A stretch of 64,000 nucleotides of DNA from an uncultured Acidimicrobiia bacterium (GTDB lineage: Bacteria > Actinomycetota > Acidimicrobiia > Acidimicrobiales > AC-14). Location: the NCBI GenBank assembly GCA_963836205.1, contig CAWIIV010000019.1, positions 1 through 64,000 on the forward strand, given 5' to 3'. Positions 39,831 to 49,110 of this stretch are shown here, in pieces; the first letter of the stretch is position 1, and the number at the start of each line of letters is the position of its first letter. Below the pieces are notes generated by a model. It worked only from the letters and a program-made list of their open reading frames with translations. It did not search any database and was not told the origin of the DNA. The translations under genes were made by a program, and so were the position numbers.

Positions 39831-39951
39831 ACGGAGCGCGGGAGGTGGGCGGTGGGCGAGCTCGCGCTGGGCAGGCTGGACGCGGTGGGCGCGGTGGGCG
39901 AGAGCGGGGGGCGGGGGGGGCGGGAGACGGGGCGGTCGGCGAGAGCGGGGG

Positions 39952-42078
39952 TTAGGGCTTGGACATGGGTTCTAGGTGGACGGCGGATTGTTTGTAGTTG
40001 GGCTCGCGGGAGATGGGGTCGAACTCGTCGACCGTGAGGCGGTTGACGCAGAGCTCGTCGTAGTGGAAGGGCATGAAGACCTCGCCCTCGCGGATGGTGG
40101 CGGTGACGCGGACCGGGACGCCTTCGACGATGCCGCGGCGGGAGACGAGGCGGACCCGATCACCGGCGGCCACGCCCAGTCGCACCGCGTCGGCGGGGTT
40201 GACCTCGACCCAGCCCTCGGGGGCGAGGTGCTCCAGCACGCCCACCCGGCCCGTCTTGGTGCGCGTATGCCAGTGCTCGACGGTGCGGCCGGTGTTCAGG
40301 AGGAACGGGAACCGGTCGGTGAGGGCGTCGGCGATGGGCTCGGGCGACACGCACCACAACCGAGCCCGGCCGTCGGCAGTCGGGAACACCCCGTCCTCGT
40401 AGAGCCGAACCGACCCCCCCACGTCGGCGGTCGACGACGAGCACGGCCACTGCACCCCGCCGGCGGCGTCGATGCGGTCGTAGGTGATCCCCGAGTAGTC
40501 GCACAGCCGACCGGCCGACACCCGCCCCCACTCCCGGAAGGCGTCCTCCGGCCCCTTCCACCCGGGGAACAACGCCTCCCGCACCCCCAGCGCCTCCCCC
40601 ACCGAGAGAAAGATGTCGAAGTCGGACCGGGCCAGCCCCGGCGGAGCCACGGCCGCCCGCACCCGGGACACCCGCCGCTCGGCGTTGGTGTAGGTCCCGT
40701 CCTTCTCGCCCCAGATGGCGGCCGGCAGGACCACGTGGGCCAGGGCGGTGGTGGGCGTCTCGAACCCGTCCTGCACCACCAGCAGGTCGAGGTTGGACAG
40801 CGCCCGCTCCAGCCGGCCCCGGTTGGGGAACGACACCGGCGGGTTGGTGGCGATGATCCACAGCCCCTTGATCGTCCCGTCGTAGACCCCGTCGATGATG
40901 TCGGGGTACGCCCGCCCCCGGGTCACCGGCAGCCGGTCGACGGGCCAGTCCCACAGGCCGGCGATCTCCTCCCGGTCGGCGGCCGAGTCCCACGCCCGGT
41001 AGCCGGGGATGGAGGCCGTCGCCCCCGCCTCCCGGGTGCCCATGGCGTTGCACTGGCCGGTGATGGAGAACGGCGACGCCCCCGCCTTGCCCACGTTGCC
41101 CGTGATGAGGCACAGCGTGTTGAGCAACGTCACCGTCTCCGTGCCCTGGGTCGAGTGGTTCACGCCCATGGTCCACGCGGCGGTGGCCGACCCCGCCCGC
41201 CCGAAGGCCAACGCCGCCGCCCGGATGAGGTCCGCCGAGACCCCGCACTCGGCCGCCACCCGATCGAGGTCGTAGGACGCCACATGCGCCGCCAACTCCT
41301 CGAACCCCGACGTGTGGGCATCCACGTACGCCCGGTCGACCAGGCCCTCGTCGATGAGGATCTTGATCATCCCGTTGAGCAGGACGATGTCGGTGCGGGC
41401 CCGCACGGCCAGGTGGAGGTCGGCCATCATCGCCGTCTTCGTCACCCGGGGGTCGACCACGATCACCGTGGCGGTGGTGTTCCCGATGACCCGGGGCGCC
41501 AGCAGCGGGTGGTTGTCGGCGATGTTGGCCCCCACCAGGAGGATGCAGTCGGCCACCTCCAGGTCGGCGTAGGCCCCCGGCGGCCCGTCGCTGCCGAACG
41601 TGCGCTTGTAACCCGACACCGCGCTGGCCATGCACAGGGTGGTGTTGCCGTCGTAGTGGCGCAGGCCGAGGCCCAGGCGGGCCAGCTTGCCCAGGGCATA
41701 GAACTCCTCCGTCACCAGCTGGCCGGTGGACAGGACGGCCACCGAGTCCGGTCCGTGCTCGTGGAGCAGGCGGCGGAAGCCGACCACCATCGACCCGATG
41801 GCGGCGTCCCAGGTCACCGGCTGACCGCCGAGCAGCGGTGTGGTCAGCCGCCCGTCGACGTCGATCGTCCGGTGCTCCGACAACCCTTTGGGGCAGAGCC
41901 GGCCCTGGTTGACAGGGTGGGCGGGGTCGCCCATCACCGTCACCGCCTTGCCCCCCTTGACCCCGAGCAGCATCCCGCAGCCCACCGAGCAGTAGCCACA
42001 GGTGGTACGCACCCACTCGTCGGGCCGCACGTCCTCCCGCATCACCCCGTAGGTGTCGTCGGGGACGTACGTCGTCAT
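39952..42078 (-). CDS. nasA: Assimilatory nitrate reductase catalytic subunit (Mo-bisPGD, no Tat signal)
   Basis: CGYCSVGC..LCPKG, NTTLCMASA, TGQCNAMG.RE, WHTRTKT, DPISREPNYK; gene context. Confidence 0.88.
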   Translation of the reverse strand: MTTYVPDDTYGVMREDVRPDEWVRTTCGYCSVGCGMLLGVKGGKAVTVMGDPAHPVNQGRLCPKGLSEHRTIDVDGRLTTPLLGGQPVTWDAAIGSMVVGFRRLLHEHGPDSVAVLSTGQLVTEEFYALGKLARLGLGLRHYDGNTTLCMASAVSGYKRTFGSDGPPGAYADLEVADCILLVGANIADNHPLLAPRVIGNTTATVIVVDPRVTKTAMMADLHLAVRARTDIVLLNGMIKILIDEGLVDRAYVDAHTSGFEELAAHVASYDLDRVAAECGVSADLIRAAALAFGRAGSATAAWTMGVNHSTQGTETVTLLNTLCLITGNVGKAGASPFSITGQCNAMGTREAGATASIPGYRAWDSAADREEIAGLWDWPVDRLPVTRGRAYPDIIDGVYDGTIKGLWIIATNPPVSFPNRGRLERALSNLDLLVVQDGFETPTTALAHVVLPAAIWGEKDGTYTNAERRVSRVRAAVAPPGLARSDFDIFLSVGEALGVREALFPGWKGPEDAFREWGRVSAGRLCDYSGITYDRIDAAGGVQWPCSSSTADVGGSVRLYEDGVFPTADGRARLWCVSPEPIADALTDRFPFLLNTGRTVEHWHTRTKTGRVGVLEHLAPEGWVEVNPADAVRLGVAAGDRVRLVSRRGIVEGVPVRVTATIREGEVFMPFHYDELCVNRLTVDEFDPISREPNYKQSAVHLEPMSKP

Positions 42079-42088
42079 GCGCTCACCA

Positions 42089-43570
42089 TTAGGGCCGGGT
42101 CCGGAAGAAGCTCCCTGCCACCCGGAACGGAACCACGGTCACGTAGAACAGCCACCGCCCCAGCAGCTCACCGGCTGTCACCACGACCAGCGCCGCCCCC
42201 AGCCGCCCGCCCGCGGCCCCCCCCGCCAGGGGCTCGATCAGGGCACCGGCCAGCAGCAGGAGCGCCATCCCGGCCAGGGCCATCCGGCCCTGGAACCGAC
42301 CCCCGAAGCGGTCGAGGAGGAGGAAGGCGGTGCCCTGGTGCTGGCGGTCAGTACGGTGCCGCACCGCCTTCGCCAGGTGGACCTGGACCGCCACCTGGGC
42401 CAGCGTCCCGAAGGCGGCGGCTATCACCAGTCCCACCAGCCAACCGTTGCCCACCCGGGACCGGTCCAGCATGAAATAGGCCAGCAGGGGGCCGGTGGCG
42501 GCGGCGGTGGCGAAGAAGGCGACGGGGGTCCGCCACGAGTTCCACACCGGCCGGGCCGGCACCAGGTAGAGCCGGCCGCTGGCGTAGACCCCCGCCACGC
42601 CGGCCACCACCGCCAGCACGCCGACGACCGGGTTCAACCCGGCTGCGTAGCCCAGCGACAACCCGGAGAACAGCGAGAAGAGGGCGACCTCCCGGCTCAG
42701 CCACGACGTGCGCACGTTGCGCAAAGCCTTCAACGCCCGCGCCGGCTTGCCCAGGTGGAGCAGCGAGGCCCCCAGGGCCACCGCCCCGGCCACGAAGGCG
42801 CCCACCGCCGCGCCCCCCATGACGGCCCGGGTGGCGGCGCCGGCCAGTTGCAGCACGACGGTGGCCGCCACCGTCCCCAGGGAGAGCTGGGTGAGCAGGG
42901 TGAGGGCCACGAGGGGCCAGTGGGCGTCCTCCGGCTCGACCCGGTAGTCGTCGGCCGCGGTCATGGTCGACAGGTCGCCCGGCGGCAGGACGATCCGGGT
43001 GGACGACATGGTGATGGCCACCGGGGGCAGCCCGGGCGCGTCGCCGGCGGAGGGGTCGGCCCGCCAGGCGGCCACGTCGACCGCCTCCAGGCCGATGGCG
43101 AAGGTGGGGCACGACTGCACGCAGGCCGGGGTCTGGCCGGCGTCGATGCGGGGTCGGCACATGTCGCACTTGGAGACGATCTTGCGGGCCTTGTCGTAGA
43201 CCGGCACCTCGTAGGGGCAGTTCCACATGCAGTACTGGCAGCCCACGCACTCGTCGGGGTGGTGGACGACGATCCCGTTGCCGAGCTTCTCGTAGGCCTT
43301 GGTGGGGCAGCCCGACAGGCAGGTGGGGTCGAGGCAGTGGTTGCAGGCCATCGACAGGTTGAAGCGGCGGGTCTGGGGGAAGCTCCCGCTCTCCAGCTCG
43401 CCCACCCGTCGCCAGGCCTCGTCGACCGGCGTCCCGTTCTGCTCGGCGCACGCCACCTCGCACGAATGGCAGCCCACGCACGAGTTCATGTCGAACGTGA
43501 ACCGGTACTGCTCACCGTCCTCCAAGGGCAGGAGGGCCGGGATTCCGAGCGTGGTGAGGCTGAGGGTCAT
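42089..43570 (-). CDS. Fused DmsB-like 4Fe-4S protein plus DmsC/NrfD-like membrane anchor
   Basis: Four Cys clusters (CVGCHSCEVAC; CNHC..PTC..GCP; CVGCQYCMWNCP; CDMC..PACVQSCP), then HLGKP.RA, SWLSRE, ELLGRWLFY. Confidence 0.9.
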   Translation of the reverse strand: MTLSLTTLGIPALLPLEDGEQYRFTFDMNSCVGCHSCEVACAEQNGTPVDEAWRRVGELESGSFPQTRRFNLSMACNHCLDPTCLSGCPTKAYEKLGNGIVVHHPDECVGCQYCMWNCPYEVPVYDKARKIVSKCDMCRPRIDAGQTPACVQSCPTFAIGLEAVDVAAWRADPSAGDAPGLPPVAITMSSTRIVLPPGDLSTMTAADDYRVEPEDAHWPLVALTLLTQLSLGTVAATVVLQLAGAATRAVMGGAAVGAFVAGAVALGASLLHLGKPARALKALRNVRTSWLSREVALFSLFSGLSLGYAAGLNPVVGVLAVVAGVAGVYASGRLYLVPARPVWNSWRTPVAFFATAAATGPLLAYFMLDRSRVGNGWLVGLVIAAAFGTLAQVAVQVHLAKAVRHRTDRQHQGTAFLLLDRFGGRFQGRMALAGMALLLLAGALIEPLAGGAAGGRLGAALVVVTAGELLGRWLFYVTVVPFRVAGSFFRTRP

Positions 43571-43920
43571 GCCGGGTTCGAGACCTCGACCCGGCCGTCG
43601 ACCACCCGGACCCCGAAGACGGGCACCGACACCTCGGCGTCGTCGAGGCACTGGCCGGTTCGGAGGTCGAAGGACTGCTTGTAGATCGGCGACGCCACCT
43701 TCAGCCGCTCGCCCCGGGAGCCCACGATCCCCCGGGACAGGACGAACGCCTGGCTGAAGGGGTCGAAGTTGGACAGGGCGAACACGTCGCCGTCCACCAG
43801 GAACACCGCGACCTGATGTGCTCCCACCAGCGCGGCCACCCCCCGGCCGGGAACGAGGTCGCCGACGGCGCAGACGTCGACCCACACCGTCGTCGAGGAG
43901 GCCGTGCCGGGACCCTTCAC
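43567..43920 (-). CDS. nirD: Nitrite reductase small subunit
   Basis: N.DPFS.A.VLSRGIVG, VASPIYKQ.FDL.TG.C. Confidence 0.92.
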   Translation of the reverse strand: MKGPGTASSTTVWVDVCAVGDLVPGRGVAALVGAHQVAVFLVDGDVFALSNFDPFSQAFVLSRGIVGSRGERLKVASPIYKQSFDLRTGQCLDDAEVSVPVFGVRVVDGRVEVSNPA

Positions 43921-46535
43921 CGTCCGCCTGCGGCCAGCAGGGCAGGGTCGGGCTTCTCCTCGCCCGGCCGGGCGGGCCGGGGCTGGCCCCGCTCGGTGAC
44001 GAACACCACGTTGGGGTCGACCTGGTCGGAGTTCACGAACGACCGGAAGCGCTTGACCCGCTCGGGGTCGTCGATGGTGGCCTTCCACTCGCACTCGTAC
44101 GTGGTCACGTGGCGGGCCATCTCCGCCTCCAGTTCGGCGCAGATCCCCAACGCGTCGTCGATCACGACCCGCCGGAGGTGCTCGATGCCGCCCTCCAGCT
44201 TGTTGAACCACACGTTGGTGCGCTCCAGCCGGTCGGCGGTGCGGATGTAGAACATCAGGAAGCGGTCGAGGTACCGGAACACCGTCTCCCGGTCGAGGTC
44301 GGCCGCCAGGAGCACCGCGTGCTGGGGCTTCATGCCGCCGTTGCCGCACACGTAGACGTTCCAGCCCTTCTCGGTGGCGATGACCCCGAAGTCCTTGCCC
44401 TGGGCCTCGGCGCACTCCCGGGTGCAGCCCGACACCGCCGCCTTGAGCTTGTGCGGCGCCCGCAGGCCCCGGTAGCGCAGCTCGAGGTCGATGGCCAGGG
44501 TGACCGAGTCCTGCACGCCGAACCGGCACCAGGTGTTGCCCACGCACGACTTCACCGTGCGCAGGGCCTTGCCGTAGGCGTGGCCCGACTCCATGCCCAC
44601 GTCGACCAGGCGGCGCCAGATGCGCGGGAGCTGGTCGACCCGGGCCCCGAAGAGGTCGATGCGCTGGGCGCCGGTGATCTTGGTGTAGAGCCCGAACTCC
44701 TTGGCCACCTCGCCGATGGTGATGAGCTGGTCGGGGGTGATCTCGCCCCCCGGCACCCGGGGGATCACCGAGTAGGTGCCGTCGCGCTGGAGGTTGGCGA
44801 GGAAGTGGTCGTTGGTGTCCTGGAGGGTGGCCTGCTCACCGTCGAGGATGTAGCCCCCGCCCATCGACGCCAGCATCGACGCCACCGCCGGCTTGCAGAT
44901 CTCGCAGCCCTTGCCCTTGCCGTGGCTGGCGATGAGCTCGGAGTACGACGTGATGCGATGCACCCGGACCAGGTCGAACAGCTCCTGGCGGCTGTAGGCG
45001 AAGTGCTCGCAGAGGTTGTTCGACACCTCCAGGCCCAGCCGCTTCATCTCGAACCGGAGAAGCTCGGTCACGAGCGGCACGCAGCCGCCGCAGCCGGTGC
45101 CGGCCGCGGTGCACTCCTTCATGTCGGAGACGGTGTGGGCGCCGCCGCCGATGGCCCCACAGATGACGCCTTTGTCGACGTTGTTGCACGAGCAGATCAC
45201 GGCCGTGTCGGACAGGCCGCCGACGCCCATGGTGGGCGGACCCGCCCCGGTGCGGGCGGGGAAGATGAGCTCCTCGGGGTGGTCGGGCGTGGGCATGTCG
45301 CCCCGGACCATCTGCACGAGGGTCTGGTAGAGGGTCGCGTCGCCGACGAGCATCCCGCCGATGACGGTGCGCCGCTCCTTGCGGTCGGGCGGCCCCACCA
45401 CCAGCCGCTTGTAGACGTTGGCCAGGGGGTCGCTGTAGGTCACGGCCTCGGCGCCGGGTGAGGTGGCGAAGGCGTCGCCGAAGCTGGCCACGTCGATGCC
45501 GAGGAGCTTGAGCTTGGTCGACATGTCGGCCCCGAGGAACTCGGCGTCGCCCCCCAGGATGCGATCGGCGACCACCCGGGCCATGTGGTAGCCGGGCGCG
45601 ACCAGGCCGTAGATGCGGCGCCGGGCCACGCTTCCGTCGGGGGCGAGGGCGCACTCGCCGATGGCGTAGATCCTGGGGTCGGACGTGCGGCAGGCCTCGT
45701 CGACGATGACGCCGCCCCGCTCCCCCATCCGCAGCCCGGCCGCCTTGGCCAGCTCGTCCCGGGGCCGGATGCCCGCCGAGAAGACGACCATGCCCACCCG
45801 GAGGTCGTCGATCGGACCACCATCCGGTCCGTCGTTGGCGAAGTGCATGCCGTTCACCCGGCCCCGCCGGTCGCGCAGGATCTCCTCCGTCCGCATCCCG
45901 GTGTGGATCGTCACGTCCAGCTCCTCGATGCGCCGTCGGAGGGCGGAGGAACCGGCGTCGTCGACCTGCATGGGCATGAGCCGGTCGGCGAACTCGACCA
46001 CGTGGGTCTCGAGGCCGAGGCAGTGCAGGGCGTTGGCCGCCTCCAGCCCGAGCAGGCCGCCACCGACCACGGCCCCCGCCCGGCAGCCCTTGGCGTACTC
46101 GCGGATCGCCTCCAGGTCGTCGAGGGTGCGGTAGACGAAGCAGCCGGGGGCGTCGTTGCCGGGCAGCGGGGGGACGAACGGGTACGAGCCGGTGGCCAGC
46201 ACGAGGGCGTCGTAGGCGATCTTGATCCCGTTGCGGGACGTGACCGTGGCCGCCTTGGTGTCGATCGACGCCACCGCGTCGCCCACGTGGACGGAGAGGC
46301 CGAAGCGCTCGAAGAACCCGGGCTGGACGAGGGAGAGCTCCTCGGCCGAGGTCCCCGAGAAGAACGAGCTGAGACCGACCCGGTCGTAGGCCAGGCGGCC
46401 TTCCTCGCAGAAGGTGACGATGTCCCACTCGGCGGTGGCGCCCCGGTCGAGGAGGACCTCGAGCAGCTTGTGGCCGACCATGCCGTTGCCGACGACGACG
46501 AGCGTGCGCCGGGGGGAGATCTCGAACGCGTTCAT
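43917..46535 (-). CDS. nirB: NADH nitrite reductase large subunit
   Basis: GNGMVG, GGGLLGLE, CSCN/CGGC, KSCVG..WC, SGCTREC. Confidence 0.95.
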   Translation of the reverse strand: MNAFEISPRRTLVVVGNGMVGHKLLEVLLDRGATAEWDIVTFCEEGRLAYDRVGLSSFFSGTSAEELSLVQPGFFERFGLSVHVGDAVASIDTKAATVTSRNGIKIAYDALVLATGSYPFVPPLPGNDAPGCFVYRTLDDLEAIREYAKGCRAGAVVGGGLLGLEAANALHCLGLETHVVEFADRLMPMQVDDAGSSALRRRIEELDVTIHTGMRTEEILRDRRGRVNGMHFANDGPDGGPIDDLRVGMVVFSAGIRPRDELAKAAGLRMGERGGVIVDEACRTSDPRIYAIGECALAPDGSVARRRIYGLVAPGYHMARVVADRILGGDAEFLGADMSTKLKLLGIDVASFGDAFATSPGAEAVTYSDPLANVYKRLVVGPPDRKERRTVIGGMLVGDATLYQTLVQMVRGDMPTPDHPEELIFPARTGAGPPTMGVGGLSDTAVICSCNNVDKGVICGAIGGGAHTVSDMKECTAAGTGCGGCVPLVTELLRFEMKRLGLEVSNNLCEHFAYSRQELFDLVRVHRITSYSELIASHGKGKGCEICKPAVASMLASMGGGYILDGEQATLQDTNDHFLANLQRDGTYSVIPRVPGGEITPDQLITIGEVAKEFGLYTKITGAQRIDLFGARVDQLPRIWRRLVDVGMESGHAYGKALRTVKSCVGNTWCRFGVQDSVTLAIDLELRYRGLRAPHKLKAAVSGCTRECAEAQGKDFGVIATEKGWNVYVCGNGGMKPQHAVLLAADLDRETVFRYLDRFLMFYIRTADRLERTNVWFNKLEGGIEHLRRVVIDDALGICAELEAEMARHVTTYECEWKATIDDPERVKRFRSFVNSDQVDPNVVFVTERGQPRPARPGEEKPDPALLAAGGR

Positions 46536-46600
46536 GCCCCGGCCGCGTCAAAGCCCTTGGGATGCATGGGGCCAGTCAACCGGCAACGGGTGTTCGTCGG

Positions 46601-46616
46601 GTTGCGTCCCGGTGAC
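46601..46616 (-). promoter_or_regulatory. GlnR box upstream of nirB
   Basis: GTCAC-N6-GCAAC on minus strand. Confidence 0.65.
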
Positions 46617-46635
46617 GGGCGCGAGACAAGGTCCT

Positions 46636-46661
46636 CTCACCGGCCGCGGCGGCGCCGTGAG
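46636..46661. promoter_or_regulatory. Candidate NnaR site upstream of nirB
   Basis: CTCAC-N16-GTGAG perfect inverted repeat. Confidence 0.65.
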
Positions 46662-46674
46662 GCTGGAGGTGGGG

Positions 46675-46890
46675 CTACACCGGCACCAGGTCGACGTGGA
46701 CACCTGCGGCCGCCGCCAACCGGCGGAGGTCGTCCGGGTGCGAGGTGAGCGACTCGAGCTCCGCCTGCCGGCGCATGGCCTCGTTCACCCTGGCGCTCAC
46801 GCTGTCGGCCCGGCCGGCGGCGACTGCCTCCCGGGCGGCGGCCAAGTGCACGGGGTCGACCGAAGCCGTGAGCCGAACCTTCTCCTGCAT
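46675..46890 (-). pseudogene. Internally deleted TA module (antitoxin N-terminus fused to PIN-toxin C-terminus)
   Basis: KVRLTASVD..AVAAGRADSVSA.VNEAM joined to LTSHPDDLRRLAAAAGVHVDLVPV. Confidence 0.6.
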
Positions 46891-46921
46891 ACGAACAGCG
46901 TACGCCTTGATGACGATCCTC

Positions 46922-47764
46922 CTACTTGGCGGCCGACCGGCCGAGGAGGCCGAGGCGGTGGAGGACGGCCACGCACCGGCGGGCGACGCCCGAGCCCGCG
47001 GCCCGCTTTACCTCCCGGAGCAGGGCGTGGAGCTCCGGGCGCCCGTCCATCACCCATCGCGAGAAGGCACCGGCGTCGCACCAGGCCGCGTCGAGAGGGC
47101 CCAACGGGGGTGCCGACCAGCGTCCCTCGACGGCCTCCCATCGCAAACGCTCCCAGTCGAGCGCCCGGGCCAGGGCCTTGCCGGCGGCGACGGGATCGTC
47201 GGCCCCCTCGATCGGTTCCTCCCCGGCGGCGGCGAGCATCCTCACCGCCGGGTGCATCGCCCTGGCCTCGGCCCACGTGAGCGCTCCCCTGCGCTCCCGG
47301 GCGGCCCCGACCACGCTCTCCAGCCAGATGGCGGCGAAGAGATGCCCGGTGCTGACCTGCGGGGGCGCGGTGGGCAGCCCGAGGGCCCGCTGGAGGCCGT
47401 CGAGGGTGAGTCCGAACGCGGGCGGCTCCCGGTGGACCTCACCAGCTACCCGCAGCCGGCTCACCACCTCGCCCGAGCGGTGGACGAGCAGGGCCAGCGC
47501 GGTTCGCCTCCGGTCGCGGCCGCCGGTGGACATGGCGTCGAGCGGGCGGGCCCAACCGTGCACGGCGACGCCCAGCGCCACCCAGTCGTCGGGGGCCACC
47601 ATGCCCAGGAGAACGTCGGCCGGCGCCTCGCCCACGAGGTCGAGGAAGCCCACGCTCGCACCGTCGGCGGTGGCCACCACGTGGACGAGCAGGTCGTCGT
47701 CGTCCTCTTCCGCGGCACACAACTCGTCGGCCAACTGGCCGAGGAACTCCAGGATCTGCGCCAT
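46922..47764 (-). CDS. Hypothetical protein
   Basis: Long ORF with coding-like codon usage; LQRALGLPT and WCDAGAFSRW segments. Confidence 0.7.
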   Translation of the reverse strand: MAQILEFLGQLADELCAAEEDDDDLLVHVVATADGASVGFLDLVGEAPADVLLGMVAPDDWVALGVAVHGWARPLDAMSTGGRDRRRTALALLVHRSGEVVSRLRVAGEVHREPPAFGLTLDGLQRALGLPTAPPQVSTGHLFAAIWLESVVGAARERRGALTWAEARAMHPAVRMLAAAGEEPIEGADDPVAAGKALARALDWERLRWEAVEGRWSAPPLGPLDAAWCDAGAFSRWVMDGRPELHALLREVKRAAGSGVARRCVAVLHRLGLLGRSAAK

Positions 47765-47894
47765 CGCACTGCCTTCGGTCGTGAGACTCGAAAGGCCGTC
47801 GTCGATCCGACGGCGAGGCACCGGCTGCCCGGGCGCACAGACTCTGGCCCGCCCCTCCGCGGTCGTCAAGAGGCCAGAAGCCAGTCAGGTTGTC

Positions 47895-47932
47895 TTCACC
47901 GAGCCGATACGGCGAACGTACGGTCCCGTCAC
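47895..47932 (+). promoter_or_regulatory. GlnR-type box upstream of nnaR
   Basis: TTCAC-N6-GATAC-N6-CGTAC-N6-GTCAC. Confidence 0.6.
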
Positions 47933-47946
47933 GGGGCCGGGGGACT

Positions 47947-49083
47947 ATGTCACCCATGACCCCGATCACCTGTCTGGGGCCACTCGAGGGCTTCGTGGTC
48001 GGCATCACCGCCGACCGGCGATGGGAAGAGCAGGCCGAGCTTCTACGTCGGCGGGGCGCCACCGTCGTCCACGGCCCCTGCATGGACACCCTCTACCTGG
48101 CCGACGACGACGACCTCAGGCGGGCCACTGTCGAGGTCATCGACCGCCCGCCCGACGTGGTGGTGGCCACCACCGGCATCGGTGTGCGGGCGTGGTTGGA
48201 GACGGCCGAGGCCTGGGGCATGGGGCCCGCGCTCATGGCTGCCCTCACCGAGGCCCGCATCCTGGCCCGGGGACCCAAGGCCGCGGGCGTGGTCATCGCC
48301 GCCGGGTTGCCGGTGTGGGCCCGGTCGGAGACCGAGCAGATGGACGACGTGCTGGCCAAGCTCCTGGCCGACGGGGTGGAGGGGCGGCGGATCGCCCTCC
48401 AGGAGTACGGCATGGAGAGCCCCGAGTTCATCGCCGCCCTCGAGGCGGCGGGGGCCACCGTGCTCCGGGTACCGGTGTACCGCTGGCGCTACCCGGCCGA
48501 CACCCGCCCCGCCCTGACCATGATCGACGCCGCCCTCAACGGCCGGGTCGACGCCATCACCTTCACCAGCGCCCCCGCGGTGCGCAACCTGTTCATGATC
48601 GCGGCCGAGCAGAAGGTCGACGACGACCTCCGGCGGGCCTTCAACCACGGCCTCACCGCCGCCTGCGTGGGTCCGGTGTGCGCCCAGGCGGCCAAGGACA
48701 TGGGCGTCGCCGCTCCGATCGAGCCCACGGTGGGTCGATTGGGGCTGCTGGTCCGGGTCTTGAGCGACGAGCTGGCCGCCCGCCGGCAGACGTTCACCGT
48801 CGGGGACAAGGAACTCGTCGTGCAGGGGTCGGCCGTCCAGGCCGACGGGGACAGCTCGACCCTCTCCGGCCGGGAGCGGGCCGTGTTCGAGGCCCTGGCC
48901 GCCCGTCCGGGCGTGGTCGTCGACCGCACGGCGCTGCTGGAGCGGATCTGGGGCTCGCCCGACGTCGACCCCCACCTGCTCGAAGTGGTGGTCGGCCGGC
49001 TGCGGCGCCGGCTCGGACGGTGCTCGGCCGCGGTCGAGGTCACCCGGTCCCGGGGCTACCGTCTGGTGGTCGAGCCCAGGTAG
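47947..49083 (+). CDS. nnaR: NnaR: HemD-like domain plus OmpR-type winged helix, nitrate assimilation regulator
   Basis: GITADRR, ARGPKA, FTSAPA, C-terminal wHTH; next to nirBD. Confidence 0.85.
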   Translation: MSPMTPITCLGPLEGFVVGITADRRWEEQAELLRRRGATVVHGPCMDTLYLADDDDLRRATVEVIDRPPDVVVATTGIGVRAWLETAEAWGMGPALMAALTEARILARGPKAAGVVIAAGLPVWARSETEQMDDVLAKLLADGVEGRRIALQEYGMESPEFIAALEAAGATVLRVPVYRWRYPADTRPALTMIDAALNGRVDAITFTSAPAVRNLFMIAAEQKVDDDLRRAFNHGLTAACVGPVCAQAAKDMGVAAPIEPTVGRLGLLVRVLSDELAARRQTFTVGDKELVVQGSAVQADGDSSTLSGRERAVFEALAARPGVVVDRTALLERIWGSPDVDPHLLEVVVGRLRRRLGRCSAAVEVTRSRGYRLVVEPR

Positions 49084-49110
49084 CCGGGTCGGCCCGGCGG
49101 CTCGCCTCAC

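Noticed and set aside
39646-40037. Short repetitive ORFs
   Set aside because: Translations of the heptamer microsatellite
39952-43570. DMSO reductase or formate dehydrogenase
   Set aside because: Catalytic subunit has Nas/Nap-type motifs, no Tat signal, and lies in a nirBD operon
47947-49083. Plain uroporphyrinogen-III synthase (hemD)
   Set aside because: C-terminal winged helix and nitrate context indicate NnaR
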